From assembly GCA_951804945.1 (NCBI GenBank), contig OX638154.1, positions 60,512,001 to 60,576,000 on the forward strand: a stretch of 64,000 nt of DNA. Reading direction: 5' to 3'. This DNA is from Podarcis cretensis (taxonomy: Eukaryota). Position 1 is the first letter of the stretch. Every line of letters begins with the position of its first letter. This document shows, piece after piece, positions 11,472 through 23,568 of the stretch. The notes beneath the pieces are model-generated. The model was not told the origin of the DNA. It saw nothing but the letters and a program-made list of their open reading frames with translations, and searched no databases. A program made the translations under genes and the position numbers.

Positions 11472-13161
11472 GTGGTTGGCAGCAAGTGCAGTGTTCGTGT
11501 GGCGGATAGGAGATAGGGATGGGGGAGCGGTCTCGCCATCCCTATGTGAAGGGTATTCCGTTAAAGGAATCCATGGACTCAACTGGTTTGGTCAACCCCT
11601 GAGATGGGGTTGTACCCATACCTGAGTCCAGGGGGGGCATCTGGGTGGTGAACAGAGTCTGTACCCAACTTTTCATCTTCCCAGGTGTTCACCCTTGGCT
11701 GACCTATGCTGGTGCCCTGGGTTAGCGCTGCCTGCAAGAGTGCAGGGAGCTAGTTGAACCAGAGCCTATGCAACCACTCACCTTCTGTAATCAATAAAGA
11801 TGTGTCCTAAATTCTGCCAAAAACCCAAACTAAAATTTGAGTCACGTGTGATTTTATTTAGGGGGGAGGTCTCTAGGTCTGAACACGCAACAACAAATGA
11901 GCTCAAAAGAGCTAATTCTACCTTAAACATTAGATGTAACTACCTAGCTTCTTATATATTGATTATTTTCCAATTATTTAATATCTGCCCTAATTACATG
12001 AGTCTCAAAATGTAAATTAGAGCTTCTTATGAAGACACAAACTATTCACTGGGTGAGGGTACTCTTCCAAGGAAGCTTTACAACTGAGCTTTGCTCCTGC
12101 TGCCAAATTATCTCTGCATTCCCTGTCTGTCTACCTCTTTGAGGCTGCCCAGATATCATCCTGCAAGGTTGCTTCCAATGTAGCTTGCCAGCTTCTGCTA
12201 CCTGCACTTCCTGTACTACTCACCCTCCAAATGCACCCAGCTAGGCAATTGTCTATATAACAATTTTAAAAGCCTTGTTCATGAGCACATCCACCACAAA
12301 CCAAACCATGCACCCTATGCGTACACTGCATTATCCACAAACCTGATTTAGTCCTGAAGTAGCTCTGTGAACTTTAACATGCTTTCAGTAAGATAATTAT
12401 TAGAATACATAGTCTTTGAAACACTGTCTTAAAGTACTGGTATTATGCTTGGTAAATGAAAACTCCCATTTTCCAACCTCCTGTACACTGAAATAACTAA
12501 CAAAGGAATGATAAATTTGTACATTACCAATGCTACGCTGTTGCGACTTATTGTGACAAGCTGAAGGGATTTTCTCCCCTCTTTCGAAGCTCTGGATTCC
12601 GTTTTTACAAAACGAAATAGAGACTAAGGAATGAGAGGGGGCAAAGTACACAGCTAAGATCAGAGTATGTTGTAATTAAGTCTGTTAAATGTCTACTAAA
12701 GGGAAGCTGTGCTGGGGAGAAGTGAAACTTTCCCAGTCACAAAGAGTCATCTCCAGAGAGAACCAGGGGAGGAGGAATAAATACCAAGAGGTAGTTTTTT
12801 TACATGTATTTGAACATACACAAAGTCAGAGCTTTCAAATCCACTGAAGACATACATGCCAGCTTTCTAAGCTGGTACAGACATTATGTGGAGCTAAACC
12901 ACAACTTAGTGTTGTATGAATAAGACTAGCCTTTCTCAAGGCGTCTCCCTCTTCCTCTGGCATGGCCACAAATAGTTGGAAGGCTTTGTCTTCCTTTTAT
13001 TATTTTTATTTTTAGAATGTAACCCTGTGTAAGTTGAAAGTTGTGTGTATGTGGGAGGGGAAAATACTTTGTGTGTGGGTTAGTTAGGGTTGCCATATTT
13101 CAAGAAGTAAAAATCTGGACACTTCAAAGCTTTTTTTTAAGGAAAACCCTAAAGTTATTAA

Positions 13162-13368
13162 AAAGGTAAAGGGACCCCTGACCATTAGGTCCAGTCGTGG
13201 CCGACTCTGGGGTTGCGGTGCTCATCTCGCTTTACTGGCCGAGGGAGCCGGCATACAGCTTCTGGGTCATGTGGCCAGCATGGCTAAGCTGCTTTTGGCG
13301 AACCAGAGCAGCGCACAGAAACACCGTTTAACTTCCCACCGGAGCGGTACCTATTTATCTACTTGCAC
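13162..13368 (-). mobile_element. Sauria SINE, 5'-truncated
   Basis: AAAGGTAAAGGGACCCCTGACC... to ...CTACTTGCAC, matching the 3' half of the 6892 copy. Confidence 0.88.
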
Positions 13369-13461
13369 GAGAATGCAAAAAAAGGGAAAAAAGGGGGGAA
13401 AGATTCCGGTTTACTTGCTGAAGATCCAGGACAACTCAGAGACAATGGGAGCATCTCCACC

Positions 13462-13723
13462 CCCATCGTTCACTGAAGTCCAGCGCCAAAGGCCTTCTGG
13501 TGGTTCCCTCACTGCGAGAAGCAAAGTTACAGGAGACCAGGCACTCTCCCATCAGATGTCAAGGAAATAAACAACTATCTGACTTTTAGAAGACATCTGA
13601 AGGCAGCCCTGTTTATGGAAGTTTTTTTTTAATGTTTGATGTTTTATTGTGTTTTTAATATTCTGTTGGGAGCCGCCTACAGTGGCTGGGGAGGCCTGCC
13701 AGATGGGTGGGGTATAAGTAATA

Positions 13724-13778
<55 letters not shown>

Positions 13779-13792
13779 ACTATTATTATTAT
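13462..13792 (+). mobile_element. L2-type LINE 3' end with (GTT)n/(ATT)n tail
   Basis: Shares TTTTAGAAGACATCTGAAGGCAGCCCTGTT and the CCAGATGGG..GGGGTATAA 3' end with the inverted copies at 33157 and 52959. Confidence 0.8.
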
Positions 13793-15638
13793 TTTCCCCA
13801 AGCCTTATAAATATGCAGTGGGCCTGATTTTCCTCAGGATGCCTACAGACCATGGTTCCAATGACAATCTCCCACCCACCCCACCATATAACCTGAAATT
13901 AAATACTGCAATGAAAGAGCACAGACATGACTGCATGCTACACATGCAGCATAAAGTTTAGTTTTGCCTTCTGCTGCTTAAATCAGGAAGTCAATCTTCA
14001 CAAAAATAATTTCATTCCCAAAGGTTCCAAATGATGTACAGGGCACATTTGAGTCAGCTATTAAAAAAATGTGCTTGACTTAAAAGTTAACAAATTGAAC
14101 ATCTGTTGAAATTAACTCATCAAAACTTTTGTGAACAGCTTTTAGAAATTAGTATCAGATATTTTGGGATAATTATTCTGAGTAAAGTTATTTTGCAATA
14201 CCTTTAGTGTAATCACAGAACTGTTATGAACAGAAAATGAAGCACTATTCACAGAGTTTTAAATAATTTTTGAGCACATGAAACATTCAAGCTGCAAATT
14301 CATTTACTAACATGACAGCCAGAATGTAGGCCCAGTGCAAAACCCCCCGCAAAAAACACCTTATCTTTTAAAATGGTAAAAAAAAAACCAAATCAAAACT
14401 GATTAATATGGAATATGTAGTTCTAAAGTTTAGAATCTAAACCTTGGCATGCTGGAACATATATTACAATCATTACTGGTCCTTTTCTTTCTCTGTGTGT
14501 GCATGCAATAAGTTTATTGTAGGCTCTGGCCACACAACCCATGCATCCTAACAACAACTTCCCTTTCTTCCATGGAAGCCTCCTGTCCCAACACAGACAA
14601 AAAGAATAGGTGTGTAGTGCTAAATCATCAACAGAGATCACCACTGCAGTAGAGATCAAAAACTAGACAGCTCAGGTAGAATGAAGGATGGAGCAGATGG
14701 ATAACATGCCACAAAAAGGCATACACATTTTCAGGTCACCCAGGTAGTTTACAGTGAGGAGCCATTCACCTTCTCCTGTCATGCTATAGTTTATTTTCTC
14801 CTGGAAAGCAATTACAGGACAAATGCCAAGCTACAGTAGGTATTTTTTTTTTCCAGTAGCAGCAGCAGCATCTGGTCTCTTGGCAGACTCCATGGGCAAT
14901 TTTACTGGCAGTTTAAGTATTGCCTTTGGGTCAGTCACAGTGATATTGTTCATGAGCTGTCTGGCAACAGCTTCTTCCTAGATGTCATAATCCTTTTGAT
15001 TTACTTTCAAGGAATTATAATGTTTTATCTGCTTCAGAAAGTGTTGACCTTAAAGGCCTCTGGAGGACATCTAAGGAAACATGGCGGGGGGGGGGGGGGG
15101 ATACAGGCAGCAGCAGCAGCAGCAGCAGCAGCACTCTCAATAACAGTAACCAAATGCAAAACATATTGGTCTGATGTTATTCATTAATCTATTTGGCTAT
15201 TTCCCATATAGCCAATGATCCACATTCAACCCCTGGACTGAACCATTATGGCTTCCGGATCAGCTCCTTGAAACATACATAATATATTCCACTGCTCCAA
15301 AAATCATAGTAGTAGCACTCACTGATGTAAGCTATTTTACCCAAGTCCTGAACCTGAGCAGAGAAAATTGCAGAATACCAAGCTAGATTAATGGGAATGC
15401 TATATGGTTAGATTGAAAGTTAAATGATGGTAGAGAGAAAAATGCTAATGCGAGGCAGAATAGCAGGATATGCATAGTTTAGATAAGCTGCGCACACGTC
15501 TAATGCAAACATCACATCCTGGTTCACCTTTGAAGTCTGTCTCGGTTCAAAGGCAAAGTCTGACTTTCTCAACTCTTGAATGTGGGACATCTCTTTTAAT
15601 GAACGGACACTACGTTGCCAGTTTGTAAGAGTGAGTGG

Positions 15639-15677
<39 letters not shown>

Positions 15678-15842
15678 GAGACCCAACCAAAAACCTTGAG
15701 TTTATTGACCCAAATACTCAGGTAGCTCTTGGCTGCATGACTAAGGCAGAACTAACAGCTTAATTTGTTCCCATTTTAAATGATATACAAAAGAAAAAAA
15801 ATCTTTTTCAAAGAATATACATTAAGTTTGAGGTAATTTAAA

Positions 15843-15947
15843 GAAGTGTCTGCGGACAGCGCTGGCCCCCGGCCTCTTAAGTGAGATGGGCGCACAACCC
15901 TAGAATCGGACACGACTGGCCCGTACGGGCAGGGGTACCTTTACCTT
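15843..15947 (+). mobile_element. Sauria SINE 3' fragment (young subfamily)
   Basis: GGCCTCTTAAGTGAGATGGGCGCACAACC...GGCCCGTACGGGCAGGGGTACCTTTACCTTT, as in the 44925 copy. Confidence 0.88.
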
Positions 15948-16223
15948 TAACTTTTAATATAAAGAAAAATGGCTTAATTTGTATGTCATGGTAAATCATA
16001 CTTAATGGTTTATTGTGAATGCTGTTTTCTGGGCAGTCTTCTCACCAGCAAACATTGGTTACAGTTTATACTTTTCAGGGAGTGAAACAAATCACAATCC
16101 CTGCTTCAGACATAAAGCTTAAGACACAGACCACGGATTGTTTCCTCTCAGTATGAGTGGGGTGAAATCAGGTGGTCAACACTGGTGCATTCACAGCAGT
16201 CCTCTAACTATGGTTTACTAACA

Positions 16224-16361
16224 TGTTGTTGTTTAGTCGTTAAGTCGTGTCCGACTCTTCGTGACCCCATGGACCAGAGCACGCCAGGCACTCCTGTCTT
16301 CCACTGCCTCCCGCAGTTTGGTCAGACTCATGTTTGTAGCTTCGAGAACACTGTCCAACCA
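16224..16361 (-). mobile_element. RTE-BovB LINE 3' end fragment
   Basis: TGTTGTTGTTTAGTCGTTAAGTCGTGTCCGACTCTTCGTGACCCCATGGAC is the reverse complement of the characteristic BovB 3' terminus with (CAA)n tail. Confidence 0.85.
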
Positions 16362-17352
16362 ACTAACTAACTGTGTCTTACTAACATATGCAAGCACATA
16401 TGCCTAGGAATGCCTAGAGGTTTTTGCTTTGTAACTATGATTTTTGAAGAATATTTTATTGAAGGTGAAGGCCAACCAATTAACAAACAATATAAAAAGA
16501 AAATAGGAACTAAGAATTACAGAAGCAGTACAGAGTTTATATTTCTAGCTGAATGGAATGGGTGCCATACAGAGATGCATTTGGATAATCCAATTTCATT
16601 CTGCTACTCAGATATGCCTCTTGCTTTTTCCATACTAAAATAGTAACTAATTATCCCTGGTTTGATTATCTCCCCCTAATGCTTTTGCAGAAAATCATCA
16701 GCTGTTCTGCTCTTCATCATACTTAGATATAAGAAAACTAATATGAATCACATTCATTAATTCCAAGACGATCTGCAATATTTCACCTTGTGAAACACAT
16801 CTCCATTGGATTTCATCTTTTGAATCACTTCTATAAAAAATGTAGATGATATAGTTGCTTGAAGACTGCCAAATGTTCTTGATAAAGAAAGGCACATAGC
16901 ACAATAAAGTCTAATCAATAAATGAAACCCTAAATAACAGATGGCCATATAGCAGCCGAGATCGTGCTCATCATACAAGATACATTTGATTCATTAGTGT
17001 GTGTTTTAGAGCTTTATAAAATGGACAGTTTCTAGCTTGAATGAGATTACCAGTGAACAGGGAGGCAGACCAGGGCCTTTCATAGATACCCTGTCCCTTC
17101 TTAGTGACAGGCAGAAGCAAAAATAAATTATAGAAACCAGGCAAAAAAGTGCCTATAAGCAAGATCTGTCTCCTGCTTTTAGTTTTTTGTAATGCGGCCA
17201 GATCATTACAGTGGCTCAATAATTAAATAAATAAATTTTGGCTCAGAAGTATAATGTCCTTGGCATAAAAAAAATTATCAGTTGCTAATTTATGTATCCA
17301 GCACCTAATTCACAGTAATGAATAAAATGCCACTGAACTTCAAAATAATAAC

Positions 17353-17389
<37 letters not shown>

Positions 17390-18310
17390 GAAGCCTAGTA
17401 ATACAACAAAATGAGGATTTGTCTCACACCTTGAATAATTTATTTTGAGTAAAGGAGAAATATAGCATGTCCTCATTACTACCCTTGGTATAGTTTATTG
17501 AGATCTAAGTGTAACTGTCATCAAACAGTACTTCTAATTAGAACAATGCTTTGGAAACTGGGGACCTCAGACTTTTTTTTTTAAAAAAAAGGTTTCTGAA
17601 ACAACACATTTCTTCTAAACCATCTAGAATTGTTGGGCACTGGGCCTGGTGGAATTTTGGGATGTTGACTGGAGCCATGTATTTTAAATTCCTCACATGA
17701 TGGCAGAGAGTACGGACTTGGGCATAAATCTTCCTTGAGCACTGCTGCCCTCCACAAGATGGAGGAATAAATTCTGAAGCAGGGAGCCTGTCCAACACAT
17801 ACAGCCTCCTCTTGGAATATCAGGGTTCTAAATCAAGCAGGGACACTTCACAAGTAGAAATGATTCCCTGCTGCAGAAGTGACCCCTCCAATTTGCAGAG
17901 TCTGGGAGGGGTGGGGTGTCAGGGGACAGAGCTAGCACACTTGTGATTGTTCTCCTTCATCGAATGAGGCTTTAGAACACTATTGATAAAGCTTCTTGGC
18001 AGTCTCAGGAGCTAAAATATACTCTACATCAAGGCAAGGTCAGGTATGTGAGTATAGAAAGCCAGGTCAGGATGGTGGGTACACAATGTTCAACTTAGGG
18101 ACACTTCAGATGTTTTCAACTGTGCAGCCTTAAGTCATATCACAAGAAACTGACCATGGAGCAATGCTCATGAGGTAAAAGTGAAATTGTCAAAATGCAA
18201 CAACACAAGAGTGTAGCCAAGATCATACTCCTGAGCCTAAGTAGCACAGGAATTAAATATCTATCTTATTTATTGATGCAGCAAAGCAGGATCCTGCTCA
18301 AAGTCAAGTG

Positions 18311-18635
18311 CATGGGTAGGCAAACTAAGGCCCATGGGCTGGATCTGGTCCAATCACCTTCTAAATCTGGCTCGCAGACGGTTCAGAAATCAGTGTGTTT
18401 TTACATGAGTAGAACGTGTCCTTTTATTTAAAATGCATCTCTGGGTTATTTGTGGGGCCTGCCTGGTGTTTTTACATGAGTATGATGTGTGCTTTTATTT
18501 AAAATGCATCTCTGAGTTACTTGTGGGGCATAGGAATTTGTAGATTTATTTATTTTTTCAAAATATAGTCCGGCCCCCCACAAGGTCTGAAGGACATTGG
18601 ACCAGCCTCCTGCTGAAAAAGTTTGCTAACCCCTG
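18311..18635. mobile_element. hAT (Charlie-like) MITE
   Basis: TIRs CATGGGTAGGCAAACT / AGTTTGCTAACCCCTG. 8-bp TSD GTCAAGTG / GTCAAGAG. Internal ~70-bp tandem duplication. Confidence 0.85.
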
Positions 18636-21065
18636 GTCAAGAGAGTAGCACCAATAAGAACAGCACTTGGATGAAGCATGGTTGAAAGGGCTGGGACTGG
18701 GCTTGGCCGATTCAGACTCCTCCTTATCTAGAAATCCCTATTTCCTGCCAACTTGGAGAAAGTATGGCGTCCAATCAGTCTTTGTCTGAGATATAGATGT
18801 TCCTGTGCCTAGTCCATCATCCTCTAATATTGCACAGGTTATGAGAAGCTCCCTACTTCCCTAGCATTTACCAAGTAGGAAGGTCTAGACTTTAAGTGAA
18901 CTTATGATGGTGGCAATCCCAGTGCAAGAAATAAGATAAGGCCCCCCAAAACCCTATAAATGAACAACATGCTAAGAGTTCAGGTATTTTCTTTTGCAAT
19001 GCATTTTATTATTACTGGGAGTGGGTGGAGGAGAGAGAAGACATCCTCTGGATGCAAGGTTAAAAAAAAAGACATTGGGACTTAATGTTCTGCTTAGTTA
19101 AGGGATAAGTAAGCAGCAAGCACCAGTGTCCCTCTGGCTGTGCAGTCTGCAGGGACTGAACTTGCAGTTTGTGATGCTGGAGAGAACAGGAGGATGAAGG
19201 GGAACCTTGTTTGCACCCAATAAAGCACTGGAAAGCATTATTATAATATAATTCATCTGAACTCACTATTAACATTGTAAAAATCCTGGAGGAGGAAGAA
19301 GGGGAAAGAACTATGATTAAAGAAAAAAATGGATTCAGGTGTTTTACAAGATGGCTCACTGATTATGCATGATTCTGATATGCAACATATTCAGAGCTTT
19401 CAGGATACATGTCAGCCCCATATTTCTAGGAAAGCTGTAGTCTTCTGCTTGTTTACGCTCCAAATCTTGCCACCACCATTCCCCCCAAATCTGTAGCCAC
19501 TGCAACAGAAGGAAGTCATGTGTCACTTGTGCTGACTGAGTGACTACTTGATGCAATTGGAATGATCTTTGATAGCCAATTCATTCTTGTTTGGTCTGTG
19601 TCACAGCTGGTGTTGCTTCCCCCCACCACACCCCAATTTGGTGAAGCTTTAGATGTCAAAGTTTGAAAACCCTGTCATAAATTCTTATTTATTTCTGAAA
19701 TGCTTTTCTTTTTAAACCTCCTGACACTTAAAGTAGTCCATCTTAGGGGGTGGGATAAGAAAAGGCATTGCAGAAATCATGTGATCGGAGACAAATTACC
19801 TATAGCCTCTTCTTTGCAAATGAAGTAGCTACCTAATACTTCTCAGAATGCATGTGTTTGAGCTTAAATTAACAGACACAGATTTACTATTTTACTACCT
19901 ATTGGCACCTTCTGGCAGGATGATGCAGACAATTTGCTTACAATTATGTCAAAGACAAAAGCCACAAAATAGCCCCAGAAGCTACCACTCGGTAAATGCT
20001 TATCTTAATCTATTCAGTCATATATTGCAATAGGCTGGTCTACACTAAGACTGGACAAAATCCAAAATCCAGTTCAACAGTTGTAATTTGTTAATTTTGA
20101 CACAGGAGAGCAATAACAGAGGCAAACCCCCAAAATGGTACTGAAACAAATCTTCTGACACAGCACAACTGTGAAAGGTAGAGTTGGGTGAATCTGCCAT
20201 TCTTGGTTTCTTTCAGTTTCTCATCCAGCTAGTCTTAAATTCATTTCTCTGCATTTCCACGTGCAATTTTTTTTTTTAAATTAAGAGTCCTCATAAAAAT
20301 TCATCAGCATTTCAGTGTTACTTTCTCCTAAAATACACATTTTCTGTGCAATTTTGCTTATTGCTGACATTTTTGCAAAGCAATTTCACATAATATATTT
20401 CACATTATTCTATGTTATTTTCATTAATATATAGTTCACGCCAGCAAATGCATTTTTGTACACATTGCTAACTATTGCAAAAATTTGGAGAAGTGTGCAT
20501 TTTGAAGGATGACTATGTTTCAGTTCCTATATGGTTCTGGAAAGTACAGATAAGGTAGTTTCACACTTAAATGTGAACTGAACAGGTTTTCTCCTCCATC
20601 CCTAGGAAGGATATATGCCCACTTGTTGACGTTAGGGAGAATGGGCAGGACAATTATGACACCTTCAAGTTCATATGGGTTTGTGTGCCTTTTGAGGCCC
20701 TCGGAGCTGTGGAGAATGATACAGCTTGTACCACTTTCAGATTAAGAATAAGGTTCTCAAGGGAAAGCTTCATTTGGAGAGATAGAGACAGCTATATCAC
20801 AGCTGAGACAGACAAAAAACCACCCTGGCATAATTCACAAATTTGCTTCCACAGATCAGGATTACTGTGCTGCCAAATAGTTTACAGTGGTGTCCCCATA
20901 AGCTGATGAACAATAGTGCAGAGTTACAGTACAATTCTTTGGATATTTGTGAATATATATGCATACACAAATATAACTAACCAAGAACATACTGTTATGC
21001 GTTTGGCCATCTCAATCATTGTGAATGAGCAGCTGATGAATAACAAGGCAGAAATTTGCTAGTGA

Positions 21066-21992
21066 TTGGAAAGTAAAACTCCCAGGTGGGTGTCACCAAT
21101 GGAAGCTAGGGAAGTAAAAAAGCTTAATATGGACTCTAAATGGCCAAAATATTGTGAAATTTTAGAATATGATGGTGAAAGGGTTAAACTTCAGAGTTAC
21201 GAGAAATTAAAGCCCAAAGTTCGAGATTGGTTGCACTATCATCAGATAAATGAGACATTTAAACAGGACAGGAAAATAGGATTCCAGAAAGAGAGGTCAA
21301 AACTAGAAACAGAATTGTTAGAACCCAATACTAAGAACTTATCAAGAATGTATAACTTGCTGTTGAAATGGAATACACAGGACGAGACGGTGAAATCAGC
21401 TATGATTAAATGGGCACAAGACATCGGTCATGATATTATGTTTGCTGACTGGGAACAGTTATGGACTACCGGTATTAAATTTACTGCATGTAATGCTTTA
21501 AAAGAAAACATTATGAAAATGATCTATCGGTGGTACATGACCCCAGTCAAGCTTGCAAAAATTTATCATTTGCCAAATAATAAATGTTGGAAATGTAATG
21601 AGACTGAAGGTACTTTTTACCACCTTTGGGGGACCTGCCCGAAGATTAAAGCTTTCTGGGAAATGATCTATAATGAAATTAAGAAAGTCCTTAAGTGGAC
21701 TTTTCCTAAGAAACCAGAGGCTTTTCTCTTGGGCATGGTTGGCCAATTGGTGTTAAAGAAGGATAGGATTTTCTTTATGTATGCTACCACAGCAGCAAGA
21801 ATTCTACTGGCGAAGTATTGGAAGATGCAAGAACTACCTACTCTGGAAGAATGGCAAACAAAGGTGATGGACTTTATGGGACTGGCTGAGATGACGGGCA
21901 GAATCCGTGACCAGGGGAAGGAGACAGTGGAAGAGGACTGGAAGAAATTTAAAATATACCTTAAAAACTGTTGCAAAATTGAGGAATGCTAA
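21066..21992 (+). pseudogene. L1 ORF2 C-terminal 308 codons (CCHC zinc-knuckle region), truncated
   Basis: CWKCNETEGTFYHLWGTC motif with an uninterrupted frame. EN and RT domains are absent because of 5' truncation. Confidence 0.88.
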
Positions 21993-22293
21993 GATGTCAA
22001 GGGGTAAGAAACAGAGAATTACAGCTGTAACTAAAAAACTAAAGGAAATTTAATGAAAGGGAATCAGGATAAATTGACCAAAGGGTTGCTAAAGAATTAC
22101 CAAACAAGGATGCAGGGATGGGGAGGTATGGGGAAGTCGAAGGAAAGAAGGGTATGAAAATATAATTTTGAAGTTATATTCGTTTAAATGTTTTGTATGT
22201 TTTTGTTTTGTGTTTTGATTTTCTGTTTTCTGTTTTGTTTTTATTATGTGTTTGAAAAATGAATAAAAATTATTATTATTTTTTTTTAAAAAA
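21068..22293 (+). mobile_element. 5'-truncated L1-clade LINE, recent insertion
   Basis: Perfect 18-bp TSD AGAAATTTGCTAGTGATT (21050-21067 and 22294-22311), open ORF2 C-terminus, T/G-rich 3' UTR, AATAAA and a short A tail. Confidence 0.93.
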
Positions 22294-23019
22294 AGAAATT
22301 TGCTAGTGATTTTCCAGACCTATTTTCAAGCAGAGCAGGGTGTAAATATTCAACGAAAGAAATGACTAAAGAACGGGAATACCTGATGTTTTTAAAAAGT
22401 TTTTAAAAAGTCTAGGAACCAACAACAACATTTTACACAGACTATTTGTAAAATAAGTTGACTTAGATTTAAAGGTCAGTTTTTTATAGCATAGAGTGCT
22501 TGCATCTCTGTAGTGCCCTTAAACTCACTTGCACACACTTGCAACCTTGGTGTTAGTTTATCAGAGCAATCATTAAGCTTTGGCACTTTGAGGCTGATGA
22601 GTATTACCTAAGCCAGCACTCTTTGGAGCTAATCGTGTACAATTTAACATTATCAAAGCACAGACAGTCCTCATTCAAGCCAAGTGTGAAAGTTTTTAAA
22701 TTAGCTTTCACAGTTTGATTCACAGACAGCAAATGTAAACTAGCACTGGATTAATTTTTTCTCCCTGACGACAATCTGGAACAGAATAGCCCAAAGGCTA
22801 TTGTAGGCCATTTGCTTTAACTACTACTGAAGATTCACAATACAAGCTGAGTTCCAACTGGGACTGAGGCTCTAGGAGAAAAGGGAAGCTTAATATTATC
22901 CTCATTAAGCAAACCACTGTGTGTTTTGAAAATAAGTCCTTTAATTTTGTCACTTTCAAGTAGGTCTAGATCTCTCTTTCAGTTTTAGGTTTCTAAGGAC
23001 AGGAACGGACATAGATCTG

Positions 23020-23292
23020 GGAAAGGTGCTAGTAAAGGAAAACTAACATGATGAGGGAGATGGAGCAACGCTCCTCTAAGAAAAGGTTACAGAAACAGTG
23101 GAGTTTTAGTTTAGAAAAAAAAGCAAGCATGGAGAGACAGGACAAAGATATGTAAGATTTATGCATGATGTGTTCAAGGATGACAGAAATAAGTTTCTCT
23201 CTCTAATTCTAGAACCCAAAGTCATCCAATGAAGCTCATGGGTTGGAGATTCAGGACAGACAAAGGGAAAGACTTCTTCAGACAGTGCATAC
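23020..23292 (+). mobile_element. Degenerate CR1 LINE fragment
   Basis: AGAACCCAAAGTCATCCAATGAAGCTC...AGATTCAGGACAGACAAAGGGAAAGACTTCTTC resembles the CR1 ORF2 end. Confidence 0.65.
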
Positions 23293-23298
23293 TACTAC

Positions 23299-23568
23299 TG
23301 TAGCACCCTGCTTGTGGTTAACGCTTAGCTGGAATGAAATATTCAACGCAGCAATAGAGAAATTAAAATAGTAATTTATTTGTCAGACAAATAAATATGA
23401 GGCACAGTGGTATATGGTTACCAAGCTCTGGCCTGGCCTCCTGCCATTCTGGCCAGCACTTATATTTCCTTAATCCAGCCCCCTTGCTCCTCCTGTGGCT
23501 GCCTCTGTCCAATCAGCCTGGTTGAAATTCCTATTGGCTGTTTGCTAGAACCAATCACAAAAGATACA
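23299..23568 (-). mobile_element. Possible solo LTR-like fragment
   Basis: TGT...ACA ends. On the minus strand a CCAAT, then a TATA-like sequence, then AATAAA occur in LTR order. No convincing TSD. Confidence 0.4.

Larger units (their letters stand above)
8844..11888 (+). mobile_element. Internally deleted tyrosine-recombinase retrotransposon (Ngaro/DIRS-type)
   Basis: 5' promoter block with CCAAT at 8936, 8964 and 8973 and TATATATA at 9007-9014. Decayed ORF1, YR C-terminus, SGNH hydrolase, AATAAA at 11793-11798, terminus ...GAACACGC. No RT/RNaseH recognisable. AACAACAAAT is repeated at 8834-8843 and 11889-11898. Confidence 0.85.

Noticed and set aside
13636-13827. Poly-Leu, poly-Asn, poly-Tyr and poly-Ile ORFs (also 17285, 32939/32988, 46174)
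   Set aside because: Translations of (GTT)n/(AAT)n microsatellites, several of them LINE tails.
15528-15609. Possible 82-nt minus-strand exon (TAG|TGTCCG ... AAG|GTGAAC)
   Set aside because: The pyrimidine tract is a microsatellite set back from the AG, the donor is weak and the peptide is unrecognisable. Not supportable without RNA data.
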